DNA from: Botryllus schlosseri
Lineage: Eukaryota
DNA: 64,000 bases
NCBI GenBank assembly: GCA_051294905.1
Contig: CM119372.1
Location: 34,660,001-34,724,000, forward strand
Direction: 5' to 3'
This document shows positions 22,946-34,981 of the stretch, in pieces. Position 1 is the stretch's first letter; each line of letters begins with the position of its first letter. The position numbers were made by a program, and so were the translations under genes. Below the pieces are notes generated by a model. That model worked only from the letters and a program-made list of their open reading frames with translations. It had not been told where the DNA came from and did no database searches.

Positions 22946-25457
22946 TCGCGTGTTTTTGTTAAGAGTTTGATTTCATGTTGATAAAGACAATAACTGTATA
23001 ATGCGCATACTTGTGATTCTTGATTCTTGTAGAGTTATAGTTGGTATTCATTCTATAGGTGTGAAAACAGCGGTGTGGAATGTGCGAATAATTCAATGTG
23101 GCTGAAAGTCGGCGTCAGCAATATTTAGGTTACAGTCGAATCAAAAGATCACGAAAATATTTCTCGAAATAATTAGAATTGTACCGAATTAACACATTCA
23201 GATACGAATCAACTTGAGCTGTGTAGTAAGTTTCATTTCAAGTTGACAAATTGACACGTTACTTGCATTTTCGCATGATTCTTATCATACAACTAAAGTC
23301 AACCGCGTTCCGAAGTGTCAAACATATAGCGACCACCAGAAAGTGTCAAATTGTTGGTTTACGAATCACCGTCTGCGCCGGCTCTGTGACAAACTTATTG
23401 CGGAAATATTACCTTGTGAGCGATCGGCATGTCTGTAACACCAAGTCGCTAAAGATGGTTATGTTCGAGACATTATCTTGTCAGCGATCGCAGGGTTTTA
23501 CAAATATTTCACACATCTTTGAAGTGTTGGTTTGTGAACGCGGTTATTGTCGGTATTCGAATCACCGGCTACGCCGGCTCTGTGGTAAACTAATTACTAA
23601 AGTAACACCATGCGACTGATTCCTAGATTTAGCAAACTATTTCGCACTGAATGGTCTAGTGTAATAATCGATAGTAGCACACGACTTCACGGAAACAATT
23701 CAGCGCGCAGGTCATTCGAAATATAGATCGCACGCACTGCTTAATCCTCACAACAAGCCACGTTTCCGTTTGTGCGGTTATTGTTGGTGACTCGTACATA
23801 TTCAACACCATGCGAGAGATGTCTGAAAGTGCGAATCACGACCGCACCCATAAGAACACATGGTAAATCACCGCAGAACCCGTAAGAATACATAACAGGC
23901 GAATCACCGCCACCGCCTATAGCAAAAAAGGCGAGTCACGACCACGAGTTTTCACGGCGAATCACGACCGCGGCCTATACCCGAAAAGGCGAATCACGAC
24001 CGCACCCATAAGAACACATGGCACCTCACCACCCCCGCCATAAGAGATAAGGGTCACCTCACCACCCCCGGTTTTCAGGCACCTCACCACCCCGCCCATA
24101 AGAGCCCCTGCCACATCACGAGCGATCATACTAACTACTTACGCCAAGTCAAGTCATTTTAGCAAAATGACTCGAGTCAAGTTAAGTCATTCGAAAAAGG
24201 TGACTCGAGTCTGACTCGAGTCAAGTCATGACTCGGGTCATCCCAACACTGGGAAGAACCAATATTATAGACAGACTTCATTCACAAAATTAAACGAACA
24301 GATGCATATAGAAACCAGATGTATATAGTAAGCCCTCCAGTAGTTGCATAGATTACTCTATGGTGGGCTCAAGATCAGTGTTCATTTGGACGGGAGGGGG
24401 CTGAAAAAATGTTGTTTCGGTCCTGCTTACAAAATACAAGCACAAAAATGCACCGGCCTAACATGATAGCGGCTCCTGATCCGGATCTTGACCATCTCTG
24501 TCGATAGGCAAATATTTGCTAGTGTGACGTCATATTGACAGACAATGTGTCCTAGCTCATTTTGAAATCCGCTAGTTGGTGCTAAAGAATGCCCGCGGAA
24601 TTTGCTTCACAAAAATATATAACCCTAACCTAATGATGTCTAAAACAGGTCGGAGGTTTATTGGCATTGGCTCAACACTATCAGAAATTTCATCTCGTAA
24701 TCAATAACTTCTACTCTTTACAAGTGGAAGTAGCTATTTTCAAGACCAGACGTTGGTTGTCAGCACCGAAGTACTTATAATTGTCCGGAGTACCTAAGTA
24801 AGTTTTGCCTTTCATACTACGTACTCGAGGGGTTTTGCCTTCAGACCGCTTTCACTTCTACTAAACAGTTTTGACGCAAAACCTTATATTATTTGCCCCT
24901 GGTAGTTTTGCAAAGTAGAAGGTATTTTTTGGATAGGTTTGTATACCTTTTTGAGTGCCACTATCGTATTAACTCAGTCAATCGATCTATTTGTAGTGTC
25001 ATCAGTCATTTTACGTTGTCGTGAAGATTCTCAAAAGTAGCCCAGTCTTCGGTTTAGTACTAAAACCTCGACCAAATGGATCAAAACTCACCCGAGTACT
25101 TTTCCAATCTTTCATTTGCTACTTCTAACTAGTAGTAGTACAGGGGTTGGCAACCCATGGCTCACGAGCCGCATGCGTGAAAGTACTTCTAACTGTACGC
25201 GCGTAGATCACAGTACGTATATTATTTCGTATCACACTGCATCTCACGACCATATGCATGGTCCGTGGTATGTATTTTTCAATTGCAAACCTATATGATA
25301 AAGCTTACCTGAGTATACACATCTATATATATATGCTTCAAATTTCACATGCGGTCTTCAAGTGTATGTTGTTTTGGCTTGCGAAACACGGACAAATCCG
25401 GTCATCTTTGTTTAAACATGTAGATACATAGGGTATTGATATTATCATGTTTTACAG

Positions 25458-25517
25458 ATATCACAACTGCCCTAGGGGATGGAGCCGTTGCAAAAGACGG
25501 TAATTTCCACAATGCAG
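25458..25517 (+). CDS. Candidate small exon
   Basis: Acceptor-like tgttttacag| and donor-like CAG|GTAATG. Joined in phase 2 to the 9032-9216 exon it reads K-YHNCPRGWSRCKRR-stop. In phase 1 it is open (ITTALGDGAVAKDGNFHNA). Confidence 0.25.
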
Positions 25518-25802
25518 GTAATGGTAGTTAGAAAATGTGTATTCAGTGCGTTTCACTGCAGACGGCAAATTGTATAAAATGATATACATGTATTAGGGAT
25601 GTTGTGAATGTTTGGTTCACCTTCGTCTTCGGTGCGAAACAGTTTTTGGATCAAGTCACTACTTTCGAGCCTCAATTCATTACGAGTAGATGCAAATTTT
25701 GTCACGAGTCAAACTATCTCAAATTTTCCGATTGTGACTCATTTTCAAGTCCTAAACTATAATTTTAGTTCAAGTCGTGCAAGTTGATGTGTGGATCTAG
25801 AT

Positions 25803-26986
25803 CAGGGGTCTCCAACACGCGGCCCGCGGGCCGCATGCGGGCCGCGAGGTCCTATTTGCGGCCCGCGACCTGATTTGAACAAATTTCAGAAAAACGCTTA
25901 GTAAATCATTTTTAAACGCTGAAAATTATTTCAATTGAAACATAATGTTGTTGTTGTTCGAAGTAAGCCATTACACTGTGCCCAATATCACTATTCCGTA
26001 CTAGTTGATACGGCTTCGACATGGTAATATCATTCCATGGATGAAGAATTTGCTGGTACGAATGGTCATAATATTGCCTTGACGTGCAATGGCCCACCAC
26101 TGCCAAGACCGAGACGCGTGAAAAACGACTTCGGGCTCTCCAAAAGACCATGCTTTACGAGGAGATAGTTGTTTAGCAAGTAGGCCTACCGTGTCTAGCT
26201 AATCCAAATATTGATTCTTTAATCCAGGGGGGGCCAATCTGCGGTAGCAGAAGGGAAATTATGCGGCTGTCGACACTTTTGATAACAACCCTACGTTTTC
26301 TAACATACCCCCTGCATCAGCTCTATCGGTGAATCTGATCACATTGGCCGAGAAAGGATAAATATTTTATAGTAATATGTGAAACCATACGAATATTGAC
26401 GAAATTCACTAATAAACATGAAAAATTTTTCGCGCTTCGCGCGACTACAGACCGGGGTGTCATGTGGCTATTACAACATAACTACTAACGATTTCGGTCC
26501 GCATAGTAAGCCGATGTGCATAAATTGATTAGTTCGGAGTGTACCGGCAATGGACATGGACAGTTTAACGTGGGCATTTGGCCCCAGCTAGTTTATCACG
26601 ACTATAACAACCGGTATGCGGCCGCAGGCTACATGAGTAATCGAAAAGCGGCCATGAAGAGCAAAAATGTGGGCCACCCCTGTTTTAGCGGCTACAGAGT
26701 GTCAGGTATCGTGTACAGCTCATAGTTCAAAATATAACGAAATTGGAAATTGATGATCATGATACTTTTGTTGTATTTGTGTTTGTTCAATAAAATATTA
26801 TTTCTTTTGTGGTGACTATAACCGTCGCCCATGTTAGAGAGCACAGCATTGTAATAACGAAGAGTTATCAGATGTGGTTGCTGAACTACTTTGCCTACTT
26901 TTATATCGATATTGATGTCCTGCGGCCCGCGGCATCTCGGCATTCGGAAAAGTGGCCCGCGACCCATTTTGAGTTGGCGACCCCTG
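25803..26986. mobile_element. Non-autonomous hAT (Charlie/SPIN-like) element
   Basis: TIR CAGGGGTCTCCAAC / GTTGGCGACCCCTG, GCGGCCCGC subterminal motifs, perfect TSD ATCTAGAT (matches the NTCTAGAN Charlie-type target). Confidence 0.9.
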
Positions 26987-27607
26987 ATCTAGATGGATAC
27001 ACATGTACCTGCATATTGTATATAGGCTAACGGCATACCGCGTTAAACTTGACTCAATGTAATTTCAAAACTACTAAGGCGATATGACTTATGAGTCATT
27101 ATTTTTTCATGTTGGGATGCCTCATACAGAGTATACTTCAAGGTAAATACTATGGTAGCAAAATTCAATGTAAGTGACGCTTATAACAGAAATTTCATAG
27201 AAATGCAACAGTCAGCGCCAAGCTGTAACCGTTGTTTTATATCTGTCCCATCTGCTAAGTCGCTCGATCCCGGTACGTCTGGATGATAGTGAACATCCTC
27301 TTCGGAGAGTTACAAAGATCATATAACGAACGCTTACTTATTTCTGGGGAATTCTGTTATTTCACGGGTAGAACATGCCTCGGCTCGTACAAGGAAAACG
27401 AAAGTGAAACGAGGGTATGCCCTGCTGACCTAACAGCTCATATTGACCGTGCATGGTGATGATTATCATGAAATCCATATTTTCATTATATTGCAATCTT
27501 GAGATGTTTTTGAATTGATAAAACATTCAATGAATTATTGATTAACGGAGTGACTAAATGATTTTTGCAATAAACAACCACAAATTTATGGCGGATAATT
27601 AGATGTA

Positions 27608-30600
27608 GGGGAGACCGGGGACAAATGTAACTAGGGGCGAATGTAACAATCGACCTCACCGCTTGTAGGATGGAGAAATCAGCTTGATATTTTGAGTGCG
27701 CATGCAGTAGTTATCTCTCCTATTATACCTGGAGCAATGATATATATACAATGATTGGAAACTCCAGTGAGCTCTGCGTTTGAGCGCGTCGCGAGTCATG
27801 CTTCACTACAGGTATGAAATCGATGTAAACAACTAACAAACGGTTCGCCAGCAATCTTTCTTCAGGAACTGGCGTTAACGTAGTGAAAGGTTTTTTATCG
27901 AGACCTCTTTTGCACGTGAAATGTGTGCATACTGTACAGGTTTTGGCCAATACCAGTAGCATGGCTTAATATTCAGACGAAACTGATGTACCAGTGTGCC
28001 TACTTGATGAACATTGTGATCGGAGGTGGTCTCGCAGTATCAAATAAAGGTGGATACTTCATAGTACGAGCTAGAGTTGGGATCAGGTCAATTTTTTCAA
28101 GTCATTGCAAATTTTTAATCAAGTCACGAAGTCATTTCTAATTTTTTCAAGTCAATTCAGGCAGGTTCTAAAACTGACTCTGAAGTCAGGCCTTCTGAAG
28201 TAGTGAAAGTAGGCAAAACCTACTTGAGGATATCGCAAAAAGCATCATGTTTTTGAAGTAATAATAGTCATTATTCCTTTGTTACGTGATCCGAATGCTC
28301 ATATATACAAATGAATAAAAATATAAATATTTTTGTTTGATACATATCAGGAGTAATCGTCAGCAGCTTGTAGATACAGTATACAATTGACTAACAGATG
28401 TATACAAAGTAAAGTCTAACTCATTTCTTCATACTACTCGAGTACTTTTCAGACCGTTCATTTTCTGCTTCAACAAGTAGATTTCAATATCCAATTGACT
28501 AAGAAACGTCTGCAAAATCTGGTCTTAACCTACTTTTTCAAACTACGGTACTTCATGAGTACAATTTACCATGATATGATGGTATATCTTATAAGTGTAT
28601 GTGTGCGCAAGAGCGACCCACAATAGGTAGAAAGTTCCTGCCACTGTCCATGTCAGGTTTGATAGACTTGTGCACAGCCAATGATCTATAAATGATTGTT
28701 CACAGCATATACTTTATATCGTCATTAAATTGTAATGTTGACCATGTCCAGTCCAGTTTGTCAACTCTTACGATCATAGTTGACTTGCAAGATGGTGACT
28801 TCGAAGAATGGGACGGAATAGAGGCTATCCAACAATCCCCTTCACTCAACAAATCTCCGAACTTACACATCACCATCTATTCCCTCAACGGTCGAGGTGA
28901 TCATGGAAGAAGTTGATCGAATCCGAGCATCATAACAATGTGTCATCGCATGGGTATTACAGAAGCAGGATTTTGAACAGCTTAAATACCTCACCTCTTC
29001 ATGGACTCCTAAATGCTCTGATACTAGTCGTGTCTAAATTTCAATGAGGATACCAACACCATAATATCATTGAGAATTTTATACAGGGTATGGATATTTC
29101 ATTTACTATAACACTTGAAAACTGCATAAACAACTTTTGTTATCATGTCAGACTTGTTGTCATCTAAATTCAGAATAACAAGAACCAAAATCCTAGTAAA
29201 CGGAAAGCATTTAAGTCAAGTGAATATGTAGCAAAAAGGGATTTTCATGTTTATGCAAATTACAATATCAGATATACCTATGTTTAAGCCATTCGATAAA
29301 TGTACTGTCTGCATCTATTTTTGTTGTAATTTATGAAACTGTGCTGTGCTATTATGAACAATCGAATAACTGTGCCTAGTAGTTGAAAACGTCAATGTTT
29401 CTTGTCACGTAACAAAAATATATATTCTCAAATGTTATTTTTTCGAGCTTTCTTATCCTCTCTTAATGACAATAACAGGACAGCAGTTGGATGGTAGAGC
29501 AGCGATCTCACATGACGTTGAACATCGGAGGGCATTCAAGCATCAAGTACCATGGCATTTGAACACTAGTATGTTTCAAGCCTCTTTAGAAATCAATTAT
29601 TCTTTGAAAATTACCATATCGCAGGTGCGGCCAGATTTCCTGATCAGGATAAAAATGATTCCAATAACGGATCAAGACTCAATCTCTTGGTGATAATGAG
29701 ATAGTCTGCTCGATAGATTGGCAAAAATGTCCGTATCAAATTTATCATTGTTGTTGTTTTCTAGTCTCTTTGATAAGCTTCCCTGCTCACGAATTTCGTT
29801 GCTGTTTCTGCGGCATAAGAATATCTCCAGTTTTGCAGTAGCGGCATATCTTTTTCAAGCTAGTACCAGTGAAGCAATATTATCTGGAATGCAATATGGC
29901 TTAAATGGCAGTTGTAGCTGAACTTGGTTGTCATATTCACAAGGCACACGAAATTATCCACAGGTTGCATTGTAGTGTCCATCTCTTCACCTCTCGTACT
30001 CGAATAATATGCATAGTCTTTCAGCAAGACTATTTTTCTCTGCATCAATCGATCCAATGAGTATCAATCCAATCCGGCACCATTCATCAAAGTATTATTC
30101 ATTTTGACTACAATCTTTGGAAATATCTCAATGTCTGAAGCAAAGTGGAACATGACATGGTTGCTTCTCATGTACGGCCTGGCGTGCCGAAATCCCATAA
30201 GATAATGATTTGCACTTTTATTAAGATCCCTGAATCCTTTTCAATTTCCTCGCGGCTGTGGGTTGCTTTGCGGCTGTTTCAATACACGAACAATCTTTTC
30301 TTCAAAGTTAGAATGGACTATAATTTATCAAAAATGTTAACGATCCTGTAAAAAATTTATGCATTAGACATTTACAGAATGGGAATTTGTTATGTCACAG
30401 TTTTGCCAGTCAACTACAATTGAAATCAAGTTATTTATTCAATCCGTCAAGTATTTTCCGTACTGCCGCATATGCAATATATATGAGCAATGTGCATATT
30501 CAAGAGAGAGATTTTGCATTGGATGGTTGTGGAATGTGGAGTTACATTGCTGGAAAAATAACCTGGGTAGCAGCACATACAATGCAAGTTGATGCTCATG

Positions 30601-33024
30601 CTCAGGTCATAAAGCGTGATGCAAATGACGAAAAGTTATGAAGGTTATACATAAAAAACCATAGACGTACACACTATACAATGACGAAGGTTACAAAATC
30701 ATTTCCTAACCTTTCAATGAATAAGACACCATAGAATGTTGCTCGCAAATGCATAAATCATCTATTTTGTACAATCCTTCCAGCTATCAATCTTAACGAG
30801 TACTCCACGTTAATTTTCAAGGTTTACAGGCAATTCATGGGGAACACTTCACAACGGGTAGTTCATATCAAAGAAGTGCCAAAACGTTTACCAGGTATAT
30901 TTTGAATAAATGGGCATTGGTAGACGCTTTCGGACACCCCGGTGTGAAAGATTCAACTATTGAGAGTAGTACGACATATCACGCCAGGTCGATGTGCACA
31001 ATACCAACTATGGAGTGATTATCCTCAATATCATTCTAGTGCATTGTTTTGCCGATGGAATATTGTTTGGAACAATGCCGATTCTTATCATTGATGTGGA
31101 ATGTGGATTCAACGGCCTGACCCGGTAAAAAGTTATATCTGTTAGCATTTTACCAATCAGTACAATGCTAGTTTCCGGTTAGTTCCGATTTTATATTATA
31201 TTATGAAGGTACAATCGCTATACTGATACTATGGTTGCCAGTGAACTCGGCCCTACAATATTACAATGTATACTATATAAAACAACTTAGTTGCTCACAC
31301 AATTATCGTAATCAACCCTTCTCTTTTAAAAAATCAGGTGACATAAATGCTGCCAGAATATTTTAAAATTCTCTTTTAACAATCCTTCTAGGTTCTGTAC
31401 ATCTATATTGACGCTCACCCACAGTATCTATTAATTTTTTTGGCTGTGTCGTACATGCATGGTTGCAACCGATGCTAAAATGCCTCACAGCTAGTCGGTA
31501 CTTTGATAAATGTGCATTGTTAAAAGTTATATTAGATCCTAGTATGCAGCACTGCCTCACTATGCTCAAGAATCCAACAAAAACTAAACCAATTGGGGAA
31601 AATCAGTGAATTAGTACGCCAGAAAGGTCGATTGCAGCACTCCCCCACAGTCGACATACGCAATTCCGTACGTCTACTCAAGCATATCCCGCGACGGACT
31701 GATTTCGCCGGGAATCTATCTTATAGCGTTAAGGGGCGTGCAGTTTCCAATCATTGTATATATATCATTGACCTGGAGTTACGTTGAGCTACGATGCGAA
31801 ACTCCGGAATAATTTGCAAAAAACGAAATTTTTGACCCTTGAGTAAAGTTTTTCTGGTCTGGAATAATTTGTTTAGACGAATAGTACCTCAAGTAGTTAC
31901 AACGTAATATATGTAGCTGGAACAATATTACCATAGTCTACCGTGATGATGGAAAGAATAAGACTTGCATCGTCGGGAAGGTACCATACTGAGACAATAA
32001 TCATGGTCGAGCGTGTCAGGGGCAATCGTAACACTCTGTTACTTTTGCCCCGTTACAATATGTTATCAATTCTGAATGTCTTTGTTCATATGTTGGTATT
32101 ACCATTCATCTACTGCAAATAATCTTGTAACAGCACGAAGTTCACCAGAACAGATACTGCCTTGCGATACCAATTCTAACATGATCATTGATCATCTGTC
32201 GAAACTGTCATACAATATAGTGGTGATGTGAATATGACGGTTCGGTTATTTTCGTGATTCAACCACCCTTTCTCATGTTGATCGACTTCTGGTGTGTCGA
32301 ACTTCAATGGTCATGACTGAATCCTCGTCCTCTGAGTTTGATCATCGCCCACTTACATTTTGATATTTGATGTGAACAATTTTGTACAGCACAGAAGAAT
32401 GTCATTATAGCGTTGACGCCGCACAATGTTGCGTCCTCGTTTTGCTATACTATCATCGGCCCATTTAACCAAGATATGTTAGCCAGGTCGATTTCGCACC
32501 GTCGCAGGTGACCGAATAACCAACCTCTTATGAACGCTGAAGAACAGAACCTTGGTAGAAGAGGCCGAATATGTGTAGGGAGATGATGGAATGAATGTGT
32601 CTCTTGAACACTTCAAGATTGAACAAGACACGAAGGGTGATATTGCATTCAGATGCCATAACTGCGATAGGCCGTAGCCTGGAAGCGTTCAAACGTCTCT
32701 TCCTTAGTTTCATGCAATATTACAATTTGTGCTTCCGTTTTAGTTGTTCATTGCGTTTGTTTTTAGTTATAAAAAGCTCTGTTACAATTGCCCAGCAAGG
32801 GTGGTACAATTGCCCCTGGGTACGGGGCGATTGTAACATTTGAGCAGCGATTTTTGCGACCCAAAATTTTCATGATTGATTGTTGATTGAGTTCCAATTT
32901 AGTTTTTATATCAACTATCGAGTTGTTGGCTTCTTTATATAAAACTTTGGAAGTGAAATTTCCACGAGAAAAACACGTAATGTTGGAAAATACAAAAAGT
33001 GTTACAATTGTCCCCGGTCTCCCC
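27608..33024 (+). mobile_element. Decayed pogo/Fot1-like (Tc1/mariner superfamily) transposon with internal insertions
   Basis: TIR GGGGAGACCGGGGACAA.TGTAAC at both ends, flanked by TA. Remnant peptides: KLMYQCAYLMNI (CENP-B-HTH-like, ~27980), VAGTILP (~31915), ALTPHNVASSFCYTIIGPFNQD / VDFAPSQVT (32410-32515, resembling the post-DDE_1 T..NI.SGF..TGI.PFN...DFAPS motif), and AFRCHNC (~32645, PHD-like end). Confidence 0.75.
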
Positions 33025-33212
33025 TACTTGTTTTAACCGGTGCTAATTCCTTAGAATGTAATAGTTTTGCAGGACTGATGCAGGGAAGAAAAAATATCTC
33101 GGTTGACATCCTACAAACACTATTTCAACAGTTATAGCGTATTCCGCAAATATATTTGAAGCTATTATCTGCTATCAACCTTCACATTACTATGCGGGGT
33201 AAAGCGATAGGG

Positions 33213-34605
33213 CAGTGGTTCTCAACCTTTTTGTCTTCGCGGACCCCTTTCAGATTCTCACGGACCCCCGCAGACCCCAACGAAGTTTTAGTTCAATTTT
33301 AGCTCAATTATCGTGCAATCGTCATCTGTCTTGTGCAAATGGTACCTGTAGGCTTAGTGATAAACGCATGAACAGCAGCGAAGTTACTTTTCTTGAAAAT
33401 GAGATCATGCTCTTTATGAAGGAATTTGGTTGACTTCCATTATTTCAAAGCAAATTCTGCAACAGCATTTCTTGAAATACGTGGTCGTGTCTTGAAAATA
33501 CGCGCCTCAATTTTACATGAACGAGTGCCGAAAACCTATTTCCACAAATATGGTTGTCGACAAATGTAATAATACCGCGTAACGCTTCCGACGACACATT
33601 TGGGTATGATCGCAACAAATATTGCACCAAAATTGACAAACAAATTTCATGAACATATTACATCAATCCTAGTCATTTCTATCTAGCACAGGGGTGGCCA
33701 ACCCGTGGCCAGCGGGCCAATTATCGAAACTAGTTATATTATCAAAAATTAATTACACAGGTAATTTATTGTGAACTTGCAAGGCCAACCAAAAATTAGA
33801 TCAGCCTGACCGCAAAATTTGTGATGTTGATGACTAAAATATCAGTTCCGACGTATTGGCGTATCCAGGGGCAAGCCACGTTTTTCGTAGATCCTCGTGT
33901 ATGACCATAAAGTAGAATATTCCGCGTATTCGCCGAAATCTTCGATATTGAAAAGTCCAAGTGCTGAATAATGATTGACCTTGCCAAATGAGCCCAGCGG
34001 TATGCAGAGGCGACCAACAATTTATGGAAGCAACATTATTGTTGACCGAATTCATTTATTAACATTGTAAAATTTTCGTGCTGCGCGTGTCTAGGTCCTC
34101 GATGCACACTGAGTCTTCATGTCATAATTGTTATTGATTTTGATGCGCATTGTTATTAGTATCGTTTTCACCATTACCCAATCGTGTAGAGTTCATCAAC
34201 ATTCAGTGGCCCACGCAATGGTTCGTAAATCTCATGTGGCCATTTGGCCGAGAAGGTTGGCCACCCCTGAGAAGCAGTTTATCTTGAAATTAATATGGAA
34301 ATATCGTTGTGTAGGCTTATATCACAGGAGATCATGGATTTTTGTAAACATTTACTCATCCAACTTTTTCCACCCACATCCCAAACAAAACATCTCTAAA
34401 AAGCAAAATGTTTGCATCAGTAGGCTATTGGAAATTTATCCATTAATATGACAGTAGGATATTTGATCTCAGATGGCCATTCTGTTGATGTGAGTTTAAT
34501 TTGTAATGAAGCGAAACTGCCTCGTGATTTTCCGGATTAAAAAAAAATACAAATTAGGTTATCAACTATTTTGAGGCTTCGCGGACCCCCGGTTGAGAAC
34601 CACTG
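33213..34605. mobile_element. hAT-type MITE (GCGGACCCC subterminal motifs) containing a second MITE
   Basis: TIR CAGTGGTTCTCAACC / GGTTGAGAACCACTG. Degenerate TSD cgataggg/caatatgg (6/8). Confidence 0.8.
33689..34269. mobile_element. Nested hAT-type MITE
   Basis: TIR CAGGGGTGGCCAACC / GGTTGGCCACCCCTG. TSD not clearly preserved. Confidence 0.75.
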
Positions 34606-34981
34606 CAATATGGATTCAGACGCATCCTAAATGTAGCTCCATTCATGGTCTGTTGACAACTAGCATACATATTCATTTACACCAGACCGCTCATCATTTG
34701 CAGGATTCATGTGCAGCTGACTTATACCAAAACCCACTTTTGTGCTAGGCTTTTATAGGACACTTATAACCGTCCGATCGTTGATCTAACTAACCGTCTG
34801 AAGTGGATGACTAGGCAGATTTGAGGGATATATGGCAACGAATGCATAGTACAATAAAACGGCAAACGGTTCAGGCCAGACATGTCTTACTCAAATTTAG
34901 TACACTCCACTGTATGTATTGACTTGCCTTGGCACACGAGAGAACCGGATCCACCAGGTTTCACAGCGGCGTGGACACATT

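Larger units (their letters stand above)
10781..24139. mobile_element. Giant palindromic non-autonomous Polinton/Maverick-like element 1 (13,359 bp)
   Basis: Starts AGTAGTTAGTATGATCG and ends CGATCATACTAACTACT. Perfect 6-bp TSD TACGCC at 10775-10780 and 24140-24145. Mirror ORF coordinates sum to 34920. No ORF longer than 156 aa. Confidence 0.85.
17914..24139 (-). repeat. Right inverted arm of element 1 (6226 bp)
   Basis: Begins gactcagagtcattgc, the reverse complement of gcaatgactctgagtc ending at 17006. Confidence 0.97.
9841..24251 (+). mobile_element. ~1.05-kb hAT-type MITE rich in (GAGTC/AAGTC)n repeats, split by giant element 1
   Basis: TIR CAGTGTTGGGAT / ATCCCAACACTG. Perfect TSD GGAAGAAC at 9833-9840 and 24252-24259. 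Host parts are 9841-10780 and 24146-24251. Confidence 0.9.

Noticed and set aside
10781..24139. Assembly or amplification fold-back artefact as the explanation for the palindromes
   Set aside because: Perfect 6-bp TSDs, host repeats resuming on the far side, unique spacers, arm mismatches and two independent cases argue against it. Read-level confirmation is still needed.
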